DNA of 64,000 nt. Source: Candidatus Calescibacterium sp. (GTDB lineage Bacteria; Calescibacteriota; Calescibacteriia; Calescibacteriales; Calescibacteriaceae). The stretch is taken from the NCBI GenBank assembly GCA_032249135.1, contig JAVVGL010000008.1, positions 3,211 to 67,210 on the forward strand, read 5' to 3'. The translations under genes were made by a program, and so were the position numbers. The notes below the pieces were generated by a model. The model was not told the origin of the DNA and searched no databases. It saw only the letters and a list, made by a program, of their open reading frames with translations. Positions 26,218 through 35,907 of this stretch are shown in pieces (position 1 is the stretch's first letter; every line of letters begins with the position of its first letter).

Positions 26218-27091
26218 TTGGACCGATAAATCCTCAGGGTTCTTCTATTCAATAAAAGATGTTATATTATCTAAAAAAACTGAATTTCAGCAAATAGACC
26301 TTGTTGTCCTTGAAGAGGTCGGACTTACTCTAATATTAGATGGAAAAGTACAAATTGCAGAGCTTGATGAGTTTATATATCATGAAACTTTGGTCCATAT
26401 ACCGGCAATTGCGGTTGGTGATCCCGAAAGTATTCTTATAATTGGAGGAGGAGATGGATGTGCCCTCCGAGAGGCTTTAAAACACAAAAGCGTGAAAAGG
26501 TGCGTCCTTGTAGACATAGATAGAGAGGTTGTAGAAATATCAAAAGAATATCTCAATCACATAAATAAAGGTTCTTTTTTTGACCCGCGAGTTGAAATAT
26601 TTTATGAAGACGGACGCAAATTTATAGAAAACACAAATGAGAGATTTGATATAATAATAATAGATACAGTTGATCCTCTTGAATATGGACCTTCCTACCT
26701 TCTTTTCACAAGAGAGTTCATGGCGTGTGTCAAGCAAAGACTTACAGAAAGAGGAATTGTTGCAATACAATCAAATACGATTTTCCCGGGGGGCTCAAAA
26801 TTTCTGCTTGCTATGTATAAGACTTTGGAAACGGTCTTCCCAAAAGTTTCTTTTGCTTGGACGTATCTCAAATCTTTTATGTTAAGTTGGGCTTTTACTT
26901 TCGGTTGCTTGAAAAGAAAACCGGAAGATGTTCCCGATGAGGAAATAGAAAAAGTTTTATCTCAAATTGAAACTCGTTTCCTTACTCCACAAGTTTATAA
27001 AGCTTGTATAGCTAAACCTAAGTTCTTTATAGAAGACCTCAAAAATTTTGATCAAATAATAACTGACGAAAAACCGCTATTTGTTTATTGA
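26177..27091 (+). CDS. speE: Spermidine synthase (aminopropyltransferase)
   Basis: LDGKVQ..E.DEFIYHE, IIGGGDGCALRE, DIDREVV and IIIDTVDP motifs. It overlaps the speH 3' end; an alternative ATG lies at 26195. Confidence 0.85.
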   Translation: MNKLGPMKCKFYFDWTDKSSGFFYSIKDVILSKKTEFQQIDLVVLEEVGLTLILDGKVQIAELDEFIYHETLVHIPAIAVGDPESILIIGGGDGCALREALKHKSVKRCVLVDIDREVVEISKEYLNHINKGSFFDPRVEIFYEDGRKFIENTNERFDIIIIDTVDPLEYGPSYLLFTREFMACVKQRLTERGIVAIQSNTIFPGGSKFLLAMYKTLETVFPKVSFAWTYLKSFMLSWAFTFGCLKRKPEDVPDEEIEKVLSQIETRFLTPQVYKACIAKPKFFIEDLKNFDQIITDEKPLFVY

Positions 27092-27159
27092 AATACCAGA
27101 TATTGTCCTGAAGCTTTGTTTATTTTTTTCTTCTTTTCTCCTTCTTTTTTTCTCCTTTT

Positions 27160-28659
27160 TTACTTTGAATAAAACTTTACAATTTCTTCTACAAGAGATT
27201 CTATTGTTTGTTTTTTTGACACGATCTCTGGTTTTTTGACATACCTTTCCACTGTCTTTGCGGTTACTTCTCCTATGCAAGCTATCACTCTATCTTTTAT
27301 CCAGTCCTTTTCAAAAAATTCAGTAAAATATATGAAAGATAAAGAAGATGTAAAAGTGAGAACATCAGGATTTAAAATTTTTAATTCTTCTATTTCTTCT
27401 TTGGTTTTTTCTTCTTTCTCTATTGAGTATATTTCAACTGTTTTTACATTTTTTCCACTCTGAATAAGTTTATCCTCTATATTTTTTACTTTTTCTGCTC
27501 TTAAAAATACCACATTTTTTTCAGGTCTAATTTTTAACTCTTCGTATAAATTTTCTGTTGTGAAATTCTGAGGTAGTATGTCTGGAATGATACCAGATTC
27601 AACCAGGGACGAAGCTGTTTTTTCACCTACTGCGGCTACTTTCATTCCCCAGATAGTTCTTGAATCTTTACCTATACTGAAAAGAAAAGAGAAAAAATTT
27701 TGCACACCATTCTGGCTCGTAAAAACCAAGATTGTATCGTTCCTTTCTTCTTTATTTTTAGATTCAATTTCTTCTAAAAATTTTTTTATGTTTTCTTTGT
27801 GCTTTTCTCCGAAGACTATTTTTACGGAGGGAAATAGTATAGGCAAACCTCCGAACTCTCTTATTAGTTTTGATGCGGAATAAGATTGCTTTAAAGGACG
27901 TGTTATCACTATTTTTTTCTGGAACAAAACTTTTTTTTCAAACCAGTTTATTTTCTCCCTAAGCTTTACAACTTCCCCTACCAAAAATATCGCCGGAGGA
28001 TTTATCTTCTCATCTTTTGCTTTCTCAACTATTTTATCTAAGGTAGATATTACTGTTCTTTGTAAGGGAGTAGTTCCATTTTCTATAACGGCACATGGGG
28101 TAGAGGGGGGTAAATTTTCAAGTAGCTTTTTTACTATTTTTTCAAGTGGTTTTACTGTCATAAGGAATATCAGAGTTCCACACTTTGATAAAGCTGAAAA
28201 ATCTAATCTTTCTCTCCCTTCTGCCTCACTCCCTGTTGCAACTGCAAAAGATGAAACAAAATCTCTGTGTGTTATTGGAATTCCAGCATATGCGGGGACG
28301 GAATAAAAAGATGAAACGCCGGGAACCACTTCAAAATCTATATTGTTTTTCCAAAGATATTCGCATTCTTCTCCTCCTCTTCCGAATATAAAAGGATCTC
28401 CTCCTTTTAGCCTTACAACATTTTTCCCTTCTTTTGCTTTTTCAACTAAAAGTTCGTTTATTTTTTCTTGTGAGAGAGTGTGTTTTCCAGCCTCTTTTCC
28501 AACATATATTTTCTCCGCCTTTTCTGCATACATAAGTAGTTCTTGTGGTATAAGATGGTCATATATTACAACATCTGCTTTTTTTAGTATTTCTACACAT
28601 TTTATAGTTGCAAGGTCTGGATCTCCCGGTCCTGCTCCTATTATATAAACCTTCCCCAT
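27160..28659 (-). CDS. cobA: Uroporphyrinogen-III C-methyltransferase / uroporphyrinogen-III synthase fusion (CobA-HemD)
   Basis: N-terminal KVYIIGAGPGDPDLATIKCVEILKKADVVIYD and RLKGGDPFIFGRGGEE; the C-terminal half is HemD-like. ATG at 28659 is preferred over the TTG at 28731, which overlaps the metG start. Confidence 0.8.
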   Translation of the reverse strand: MGKVYIIGAGPGDPDLATIKCVEILKKADVVIYDHLIPQELLMYAEKAEKIYVGKEAGKHTLSQEKINELLVEKAKEGKNVVRLKGGDPFIFGRGGEECEYLWKNNIDFEVVPGVSSFYSVPAYAGIPITHRDFVSSFAVATGSEAEGRERLDFSALSKCGTLIFLMTVKPLEKIVKKLLENLPPSTPCAVIENGTTPLQRTVISTLDKIVEKAKDEKINPPAIFLVGEVVKLREKINWFEKKVLFQKKIVITRPLKQSYSASKLIREFGGLPILFPSVKIVFGEKHKENIKKFLEEIESKNKEERNDTILVFTSQNGVQNFFSFLFSIGKDSRTIWGMKVAAVGEKTASSLVESGIIPDILPQNFTTENLYEELKIRPEKNVVFLRAEKVKNIEDKLIQSGKNVKTVEIYSIEKEEKTKEEIEELKILNPDVLTFTSSLSFIYFTEFFEKDWIKDRVIACIGEVTAKTVERYVKKPEIVSKKQTIESLVEEIVKFYSK

Positions 28660-28724
28660 TTGATTAATAGTATTTTTTCTTGTGCTTTTGAACAAAAAAT
28701 CTGTATAATAAAAAATAAAAAGAT

Positions 28725-30236
28725 ATGGCAAAGTTTTATATAACTACACCAATATATTATGTAAATGATGTACCTCATATTGGGCATGCATATACTACGA
28801 TTGCGGCAGATATTATCGCAAGGTTCAAAAGGCTTTTTGGTTACAAAGTTTTTTTTCTTACAGGAACTGATGAACACGGAAAAAAGATTGAAAAAGCAGC
28901 TGAAGAAAAAGGAATTTCACCAAAAGAGTTAGCCGATGAAACTCATAAAAGATTCAAAGAACTTTGGAAAGTATTGAATATCTCTTATGACAAATTTATA
29001 AGAACAACAGATCCAGAACACGAGGAAGCAGTTATCTATTTTTGGAAAAAGATGAAGGAAAAAGGAGATATATATAAAGGGAAATACGTCGGTTGGTACT
29101 GCATTCCATGTGAATCGTTTTTTCCTTCTTCACAAGTAGAAGAAGGTAAGTGCCCATCTTGTGGGAGACCCGTAGAAGTTTTAGAAGAGGAAAGCTACTT
29201 TTTTTCTGTTCAAAAATATAAAGATAAGCTCAAAGAATTCATGTCAAGTACAAACTTTATCAAACCAGATTTCAGACAGAAAGAGGTTTTGCATGCCCTT
29301 GATGAACTAGGAGATATATCTATATCTCGCCCTCGCAACAGAGTTCAATGGGGAATTCCTGTCCCAGATGATGAGAATTTTACTATCTATGTTTGGGTTG
29401 ACGCTCTTATAAACTATGTCTCTGCACTTGGGTATCCTGATGGTGAAAAAATGGAATTCTGGCCAGCAGATATTCATCTTATAGGAAAAGATATATTAAA
29501 GTTTCATGCTATATACTGGCCTATGTTTCTTATGTCAGCTGATCTTGAGCTCCCGAGATTAATTTTTGCTCACGGCTGGTGGAAGGTTCAAGGACAGAAG
29601 ATGTCAAAGTCTTTGAGAAATGTTGTTGATCCTTTTGAAATATCAGCGGTCTTTGGAGCTGATGCTTTGAGGTTCTTTTTGTTCAGAGAAACTCCCTTTG
29701 GACAAGATGGAGACTTTTCAGAAGAAGCTATAAGGTCAAGATATGAGAATGATTTGGCAAAAGATTTTGGGAATCTTATTTTGCGTGTTGCAAAATTTGC
29801 AGAAACAAATTTTCCATCTGGTGTGAGAAAATTAGATTTACCAAGTTTTGGAGATTTTTCTCCTGCGGAATTGCTCTCACGATGGAAGAATGCAATTGAA
29901 AATATAGATTTATTTTCTGCTTTATCTTATTTTTCCTCACTTGTTTCTTTTTCAAATAAGTTTATAGATTCACAGGCTCCTTGGGCAAAATTGAAGGCAG
30001 GGCAGACGGAGGAAGCTGAAAAAATCATTTATGCTCTCTCATATCTTATCAAAATAATAACTTTTATGATATATCCTTTCTGTCCAGAAACTGCTTTGAA
30101 AATCTCTAAAAGTTTTGGGTTTGAGTGGCTTTTAGATGAAACCACTAAACCAAAAACGCTTCAAGATGTGCTAACCTATGATGCTGTTTTCAGAGTAAAG
30201 AGTCCGGGAGTTCTTTTCCCAAAAATTGGAGGTTGA
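28725..30236 (+). CDS. metG: Methionine--tRNA ligase (short form)
   Basis: TTPIYYVNDVPHIGHAYT (HIGH), KMSKS, and the Cys knuckle CIPCE...CPSCG. Confidence 0.9.
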   Translation: MAKFYITTPIYYVNDVPHIGHAYTTIAADIIARFKRLFGYKVFFLTGTDEHGKKIEKAAEEKGISPKELADETHKRFKELWKVLNISYDKFIRTTDPEHEEAVIYFWKKMKEKGDIYKGKYVGWYCIPCESFFPSSQVEEGKCPSCGRPVEVLEEESYFFSVQKYKDKLKEFMSSTNFIKPDFRQKEVLHALDELGDISISRPRNRVQWGIPVPDDENFTIYVWVDALINYVSALGYPDGEKMEFWPADIHLIGKDILKFHAIYWPMFLMSADLELPRLIFAHGWWKVQGQKMSKSLRNVVDPFEISAVFGADALRFFLFRETPFGQDGDFSEEAIRSRYENDLAKDFGNLILRVAKFAETNFPSGVRKLDLPSFGDFSPAELLSRWKNAIENIDLFSALSYFSSLVSFSNKFIDSQAPWAKLKAGQTEEAEKIIYALSYLIKIITFMIYPFCPETALKISKSFGFEWLLDETTKPKTLQDVLTYDAVFRVKSPGVLFPKIGG

Positions 30237-31126
30237 ACCTCACCCAGAAGCTTCAAAAATTTTCCCTCATCAAATTCTCCTTTCTTTTTTCTTATTTTTA
30301 GAACTGAGTTTTTCAGAGAGTTTGCAAAATATATAACTTCTGTTCCGGTTGGATCTACAAGCGTCATTTTTGATCTTTCAAAATTTTTTATAAAATCTTC
30401 TGATGTCTTTTTGGCCATAAAGAAATATTCTTCCATAACTTTTGAATATATGTTTTTACTTTCATGATTTTTCCCGTTGCTGATTTGTTTGAGCTTTGAT
30501 TTTATAAGCTCCTTTATTATATTTGCAGAAAGAATTTTCATATAAATTTTGCTTGAGGTTTTTGATGAACCAAAGATTGTTCCTTGTAAATTCTCTTCAA
30601 GAAATTCAATACAGATTTTATTTTCCGGAATAGATTGCAAATATCTTATTTGTTCCCAGATTTTTTGATTGACAAGATTGTCTGCTTTTCTTTCAACCTT
30701 AAAGTGTAAAATTGAGAGGTTTTTTGGTAGATTATTTAAAAATACACTTGCCACTATAAATTCTGGAATCATGAAATTATGAGCTACTATGTCTTGAGCA
30801 AGATGTGTCATATAACCTATCATGAAAGCTTTCTTATAATCATCTGAAGCTTTGAAAAATATAGAAAATATAAACTCCCAGTTATGAGGGTGTTGTTTCC
30901 AGTTTGAAAAATTTTTCCCTATGATTATATCTGCCATTATACTCCCCCATAAAAACTGGGGATAAAATTTTTCACATATTTTTGCTATTGTGCTTCCCAT
31001 TTTTATAAGATCTATCGCTGAAGTTATGCTAAGATGGGCTCCAGGTCCCCATGCAAAAGCGTCTTGGGAAAAAATGGAAATCAAAGGAAAAGAAAAGAGT
31101 ATCAAGAGTAAAATTTTGAACATCAT
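30176..31126 (-). CDS. Secreted Zn-dependent phospholipase C / S1-P1 nuclease superfamily protein
   Basis: The signal peptide ends ...SQDAFA and is followed by WGPGAHL, so the mature N-terminus would be Trp, as in Zn-PLC and P1 nuclease. It also has THLAQDIVAHN (H-x3-D-x3-H). Confidence 0.55.
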   Translation of the reverse strand: MMFKILLLILFSFPLISIFSQDAFAWGPGAHLSITSAIDLIKMGSTIAKICEKFYPQFLWGSIMADIIIGKNFSNWKQHPHNWEFIFSIFFKASDDYKKAFMIGYMTHLAQDIVAHNFMIPEFIVASVFLNNLPKNLSILHFKVERKADNLVNQKIWEQIRYLQSIPENKICIEFLEENLQGTIFGSSKTSSKIYMKILSANIIKELIKSKLKQISNGKNHESKNIYSKVMEEYFFMAKKTSEDFIKNFERSKMTLVDPTGTEVIYFANSLKNSVLKIRKKKGEFDEGKFLKLLGEVQPPIFGKRTPGLFTLKTAS

Positions 31127-31240
31127 ATTAATTTTGCAAAAACAAACCGTTCAAGAAGAATTTTCAAGAAAATAAAAAAAATGATAAAAAATAAAGCTTA
31201 AGAAATCAGAAACTTAAAAAGAACTTTAAAAAGCTTGGAA

Positions 31241-31771
31241 TCATATATCGACAATTATCGGTAAAAGAAAATATTCGCCCTCTTTTTTCAGTTCTGCGCC
31301 CCCATATGTTACTGCTTTGATATAAATTTTTGGATTAAGATTGTTTTCCTTCAAACTTTCAAATAACATTTCTACTTCAATTTCTGCTTTTTCTTTATCT
31401 TCAATTATTTTAACCTTTTCCAATTTAAATGGTGCAATTTTTTTTGTGTCAAATAAGAAAATTATTTCGTTAAGAAGTGTTATCAAGGCATCAACAAAGT
31501 CTATTCCATCTGATTTTATTTTGAGCCTTATTTTTTTACCTACACCTTTATTTTTTTTATCTCCTATTTTTTCTATAATATTACCTTCTATAATATTATT
31601 TTCTATTTCCTCTATTCCTTCTGATTCCTCTCTTTTCTTTTTTTCTTCAAATTTATCTTCTCCAAAATATATATAGTAGAGAGCATCTATTGAATCTCTG
31701 ATTATTTCTTCTTTCGTTTTTGCCTTTACTGTGAATCCAGCTTCGCCTGTATGATCCATTATCTCAAACAT
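31241..31771 (-). CDS. Archease with an internal charged insertion
   Basis: FEIMDHTGEAGFTVKAKTKEE at the N-terminus and YIKAVTYGGAEL near the C-terminus match archease. A roughly 35-aa K/E/I-rich insert sits between them. Confidence 0.7.
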   Translation of the reverse strand: MFEIMDHTGEAGFTVKAKTKEEIIRDSIDALYYIYFGEDKFEEKKKREESEGIEEIENNIIEGNIIEKIGDKKNKGVGKKIRLKIKSDGIDFVDALITLLNEIIFLFDTKKIAPFKLEKVKIIEDKEKAEIEVEMLFESLKENNLNPKIYIKAVTYGGAELKKEGEYFLLPIIVDI

Positions 31772-31833
31772 ATTTTTTTTAGTTCATTATATTATTTTAG
31801 TTAAGTTATATTGTTATTCGTTATATTATTATT

Positions 31834-33918
31834 CTATATTATTCCGAATTGTGCAAGCAATCTTTCTAAATTTGTACCCATTATTTGGATGAAAAGATTT
31901 ATTTCAAATTGATCTGGTTTCTTAAAACCTACTATCGGAACATCTCTTGAGAATGTTGAAAGGTATCCTGAGTTTATATATAAAAGCCCTAAAAAATCTG
32001 GGGATTGAAAACCGATATATGGGAAAACGGTTGTCATTCCGTCTTTTTTTATTGGCTCAGGTAGCTTCACTCCTTTAGCAGGAATATATTTTTTTGATTC
32101 ATCTTGGGAGAAATGTTCTGAATCTTCAAATCTTATTGTTGATACACAAAATTGTTGAGATTCACCTGATATTCGTTTTAAAATCTTTGTTTCTGTACAG
32201 TATTTGAGACATTTTTCTGTTTTTTCGTCTACAAGTTCGCAAATTTTCATTTGCAATCTACCATCACCTTGACAGCTCTGTACTTCTATTGGACAATATA
32301 GCGAGCAAGTTGTTTCTTGGAGATTGATGAAAGTTTCGTTGCATTCTTGGAGTTTTATGTCGCATGTACCTATATATTTTTTTTCAAAGCAATATGAAGT
32401 TTTTGGCATCTTACAAAATAGCTGATAAATGGGATTACTTTCTGCGAGTGGGATTATGCCCGGGGAATCGGAAAAGCATTCCCACTCAAATATGAATCTG
32501 TGGTCAGCAGTCCATGCGGGTAATATTGCTCTTATTCCACCTTCTGCTGATGAGAAGAAAGCATGAAAATCAAATTGTAATTCATTTGGAATTATACCGG
32601 TTATAAGAGAGGAAAGTATTTGAGGGTTTACAAATTGTATTAAATTATTTACAACATTTTGTTGTATACCGACGCCAGTTAAAGATGTTGTCAGAGCTCT
32701 TATTAATTCATCAAAAATACCAGTTCTAACGATTCCTACGATGAAAGTTAATATTGCGTTAATTAAAGATTGCCAGCTCACTCTTTCTGTGCCCTGAAAA
32801 CTTTTTGCGATTTGAGAAAAATCATCTTTTAAACTTGCAGGTATTTCAAGTTTTGATCTTGGGAGTTTTCCGAATTCGTTTGATAATTTATCATCTACAA
32901 AGATTGAAGAAGATGAAGTTGGAATTGCAAAGATATTTTCTCCAGCTTGTGCTATGAAATCATCAGCCTGTGGATCTGTTTCCTGCTTGATTGAATCAAG
33001 CATCATAGCAAATGCTTCCGCTGAGCTCAAGAAAAGCTCAGGAACTTCTTTCCAGTACACTCTGCCTTTTTTGGGTTCTATACCTAAAAGATTTTCTTTT
33101 TCGTTCAGCAAAAATGGGATAACTCTTATTATGACATCCCTTACAGAAATTCCACCAGCAGAGACTCTACCTGAGGAAATTTGGAGCTCAAGTCCGAGTT
33201 CTTGAATGAATTGAAACGTTCTTACTACATTCTCTAGTTTCACATCAAGGTCTATTGATAAAATGAATTTTATAAGACCTTGGACTACTTTTAGGACTCC
33301 ATACAATAAATTTGCGTCGGCATTATCAAATTCTATGCCATCAAGGTCTAATCTCCACCATTCTTTTCCTTGAAATTCAATTCTCCATGAGAATTTATCT
33401 ACCTTAAAGCTCCAATTTTTTTCTTTGCGCGGAATTTCTAAGTTTTCAATTATTTTTTCTGAAATGTCAATTATGTTTCCCTGGAATATATCATCAAGGA
33501 GTGTGTTTATTGTTGTTTCTGCTTGAATTTGCTTTTCGCTTTGATGTGGTCTTATATGTCGGGGAGAAGTTCCAGATGCCAATTGAATTATTATATTTCC
33601 CAGCTCAATGGTAACATTTTCAACATTTTTGAGGAGTATTGCGGACTGGGCTAATGCCAGACCGAATCTAATCTCCGGATTATTGGGATATATCTTCACT
33701 CCTTCTGCAAATATTTTAGCAGCTTCTTGGAAATTACCTTCGCCTAATTTCTTTTTCCCATTTGAAATTATATCATTTACGCTTGGCTCTTTTTCACCAA
33801 ATAAAGCATCATTTATTTTCTGGCATTTTATAAAAGGTATTATTATGAAAACCAGAGCTAAAATTAGAGATGTAATAGTTCTTCTTTTTATTTTTATTTT
33901 TACCGGATTTACTTTCAT
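31834..33918 (-). CDS. Large secreted/membrane-anchored hypothetical protein with a Cys-rich C-terminal region
   Basis: A long ORF. ATG at 33918 gives MKVNPVKIKIKRRTITSLILALVFIIIPF (signal/anchor). There is one TPR-like unit (GNFQEAAKIFAEGVKIYPNNPE) and a Cys cluster CFEKKYIGTCDIKLQECNE...CSLYCPIEVQSCQGDG...CELVDEKTEKCLKYC. Confidence 0.55.
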   Translation of the reverse strand: MKVNPVKIKIKRRTITSLILALVFIIIPFIKCQKINDALFGEKEPSVNDIISNGKKKLGEGNFQEAAKIFAEGVKIYPNNPEIRFGLALAQSAILLKNVENVTIELGNIIIQLASGTSPRHIRPHQSEKQIQAETTINTLLDDIFQGNIIDISEKIIENLEIPRKEKNWSFKVDKFSWRIEFQGKEWWRLDLDGIEFDNADANLLYGVLKVVQGLIKFILSIDLDVKLENVVRTFQFIQELGLELQISSGRVSAGGISVRDVIIRVIPFLLNEKENLLGIEPKKGRVYWKEVPELFLSSAEAFAMMLDSIKQETDPQADDFIAQAGENIFAIPTSSSSIFVDDKLSNEFGKLPRSKLEIPASLKDDFSQIAKSFQGTERVSWQSLINAILTFIVGIVRTGIFDELIRALTTSLTGVGIQQNVVNNLIQFVNPQILSSLITGIIPNELQFDFHAFFSSAEGGIRAILPAWTADHRFIFEWECFSDSPGIIPLAESNPIYQLFCKMPKTSYCFEKKYIGTCDIKLQECNETFINLQETTCSLYCPIEVQSCQGDGRLQMKICELVDEKTEKCLKYCTETKILKRISGESQQFCVSTIRFEDSEHFSQDESKKYIPAKGVKLPEPIKKDGMTTVFPYIGFQSPDFLGLLYINSGYLSTFSRDVPIVGFKKPDQFEINLFIQIMGTNLERLLAQFGII

Positions 33919-34012
33919 ATTAGAAAATTTAGTCAAGCTTTTCAAAAAAAATGGGAAAATAACAAATTGGAAAAATTGAAAAATTTGGATTTCTTTATTA
34001 ATCTCCAAAAAT

Positions 34013-34441
34013 ATGGAGAATAAAAATACGGAGATGACATGTGTGATAATAAAGCCGGATGCATTTGAGAGGAACCTTACCGCAAGAATTCTATCTAAAA
34101 TAGAAGAGAGTGGACTAAGGCTCGTCGCGATAAAAAGTTTGAAGATTTCAAAAGAGCAGGCTGAAAAGTTTTACTATGTGCATAAGGGAAAACATTTCTT
34201 TGAATCGTTAACAAACTATATTTCATCTGGTAAAATAGTTGTCGCAGTATTTGAGGGAGAAAACGCAATAGAAAAGGTAAGGAAGATAATGGGAGCAACA
34301 GATCCCAAAAAAGCGGAAGAGGGAACTATAAGAAAAATTTATGGAATAGATATAGAAAAGAACTCAATACATGGATCGGATTCACCAGAAGCAGCTAAAT
34401 TTGAAATAAGTTTCTTCTTTTCAGTTTCAGATTTACTTTAA
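34013..34441 (+). CDS. ndk: Nucleoside diphosphate kinase
   Basis: CVIIKPDAFERNL, YYVHKGKHFF, and NSIHGSDS (active-site His). Confidence 0.9.
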   Translation: MENKNTEMTCVIIKPDAFERNLTARILSKIEESGLRLVAIKSLKISKEQAEKFYYVHKGKHFFESLTNYISSGKIVVAVFEGENAIEKVRKIMGATDPKKAEEGTIRKIYGIDIEKNSIHGSDSPEAAKFEISFFFSVSDLL

Positions 34442-35902
34442 AGGTTTAAATATTCGTAATACATGGTTTTTATATCTTATTTCTGTTATGGGTTCAGCAA
34501 ATCCTAATTCCCTTATCTTATCTTGCGGTAAAGAAATTAGTTCTGGTTTCCCACGAGATGAAGTATAATCTAGGGAGCTTATCACATACGCGTCGGCTCC
34601 ATAAGGATTTGTAGTCCATTCTTTCTCAGCATAGAATGTTGCTATTGGGAATGGTTCAAAAATAATTTTGATTTCTCCGTAGTTTTCTCTTATCCATTTT
34701 CCAGCAATCTTATATATTTTTCTTCCTTCATCTGTGTAAAAAGGTCTCAAAGAGTAGAATATATTAAGGAGGATTATAGTTCCTAAGAAGATTAGCCGAG
34801 CTCTTTTTGATTTTTCAAGCTCAAAAATAAAAAGCGATGAAATAATTGCTATTTGAGGTAAAATTGGTATAAAGAAGTAATCAGCCACGATCGCTATTGC
34901 AAAGTTGGGCACAAACCATATAACCAAAATAATAAGCAGTATTACCCCGGAACCTTTTAATCTCTCCCAATTTTTTATCAGGTGGAGTAATCCAAATCCA
35001 AATAAAATGATGTAAGATGATGTGAGGAGACTTGGAAATGCATATTTGTGAAAAAGATGAATGTTTGAAAGAAAAGTTCTTATATACTCCTTCAAAGAAA
35101 GAATCTTGCCCAAACTTTCTATTTGTAAAAGTTTTTTAGGTTCAGAAAGTCTTTCGGGAATTAATTCACCACCCTTGTAAAGAAAAAGTTTTGATATAAT
35201 TGATGGAAGATTTCCTTCGTTGAAACTCAATATATGATATGGGGCTGAAGAAATAAAAAATCCAAAGATTGAAATTGCTATTCCTTGAAAGTTCCTTATA
35301 AAAATTGCGGAAATTAAAACAGAGATTATAATCTCTGGTCTGACTATATATCCTATTCCCGCTGATAATCCCGCAAGAAATGAAAGTAAAAGAAAAATTT
35401 TTCTATCAGATATTTTCTTTCTTGCAAGGAAAGACAGAAAGCAGGTTAGTGTAAAAAATAAAGTTGATGTTGTATATGGTAAAGTAGAAGAGGAAGCCCA
35501 TACAAACTTTGGGATAAAAGAAAGTAAAACAGAAGATAACAGGGCTAATATTTGGGACTCATAATAAGGAAAGCTTGTAAGAAAAATCTCTTTTGAGAAC
35601 AGAAAAGTTATAATTAAAACTCCTAATCCAAAAATTGCAGAAGTTATTCTACCTGCAAGTTCTGTTTCAATACCAAGTTTATAAAACAAAGATACGAACC
35701 AGGAATATCCAGGAGAATAAACAGGATGAGTATATCTTTCACCTTTTGCAGATTTTTCAGCTATTTTCAAATAAAAATATGAATCTGTTGACTCTATTGC
35801 ATCATTTGAATATTTTTTCAAAGATAAAGAAAGCGAGAATATAAACCAAGCTGTACAAAATATAAAAAATAAAATGGAGATTTTTCTTCCAAAAGAACTC
35901 AC
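34433..35902 (-). CDS. GT-C fold membrane glycosyltransferase (ArnT/PMT, family 39-like)
   Basis: About 12 TM helices, with a first-loop acidic/aromatic motif (ESTDSYFYLKIAE) as in GT-C enzymes, and a soluble C-terminal domain. Confidence 0.45.
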   Translation of the reverse strand: MSSFGRKISILFFIFCTAWFIFSLSLSLKKYSNDAIESTDSYFYLKIAEKSAKGERYTHPVYSPGYSWFVSLFYKLGIETELAGRITSAIFGLGVLIITFLFSKEIFLTSFPYYESQILALLSSVLLSFIPKFVWASSSTLPYTTSTLFFTLTCFLSFLARKKISDRKIFLLLSFLAGLSAGIGYIVRPEIIISVLISAIFIRNFQGIAISIFGFFISSAPYHILSFNEGNLPSIISKLFLYKGGELIPERLSEPKKLLQIESLGKILSLKEYIRTFLSNIHLFHKYAFPSLLTSSYIILFGFGLLHLIKNWERLKGSGVILLIILVIWFVPNFAIAIVADYFFIPILPQIAIISSLFIFELEKSKRARLIFLGTIILLNIFYSLRPFYTDEGRKIYKIAGKWIRENYGEIKIIFEPFPIATFYAEKEWTTNPYGADAYVISSLDYTSSRGKPELISLPQDKIRELGFAEPITEIRYKNHVLRIFKPLK

Positions 35903-35907
35903 TATTT

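Noticed and set aside
28660-28731. The longer 523-aa version of the cobA/hemD fusion.
   Set aside because: It would start at a TTG that overlaps the metG start codon and adds a non-homologous leader. The methyltransferase motif begins right after the ATG at 28659.
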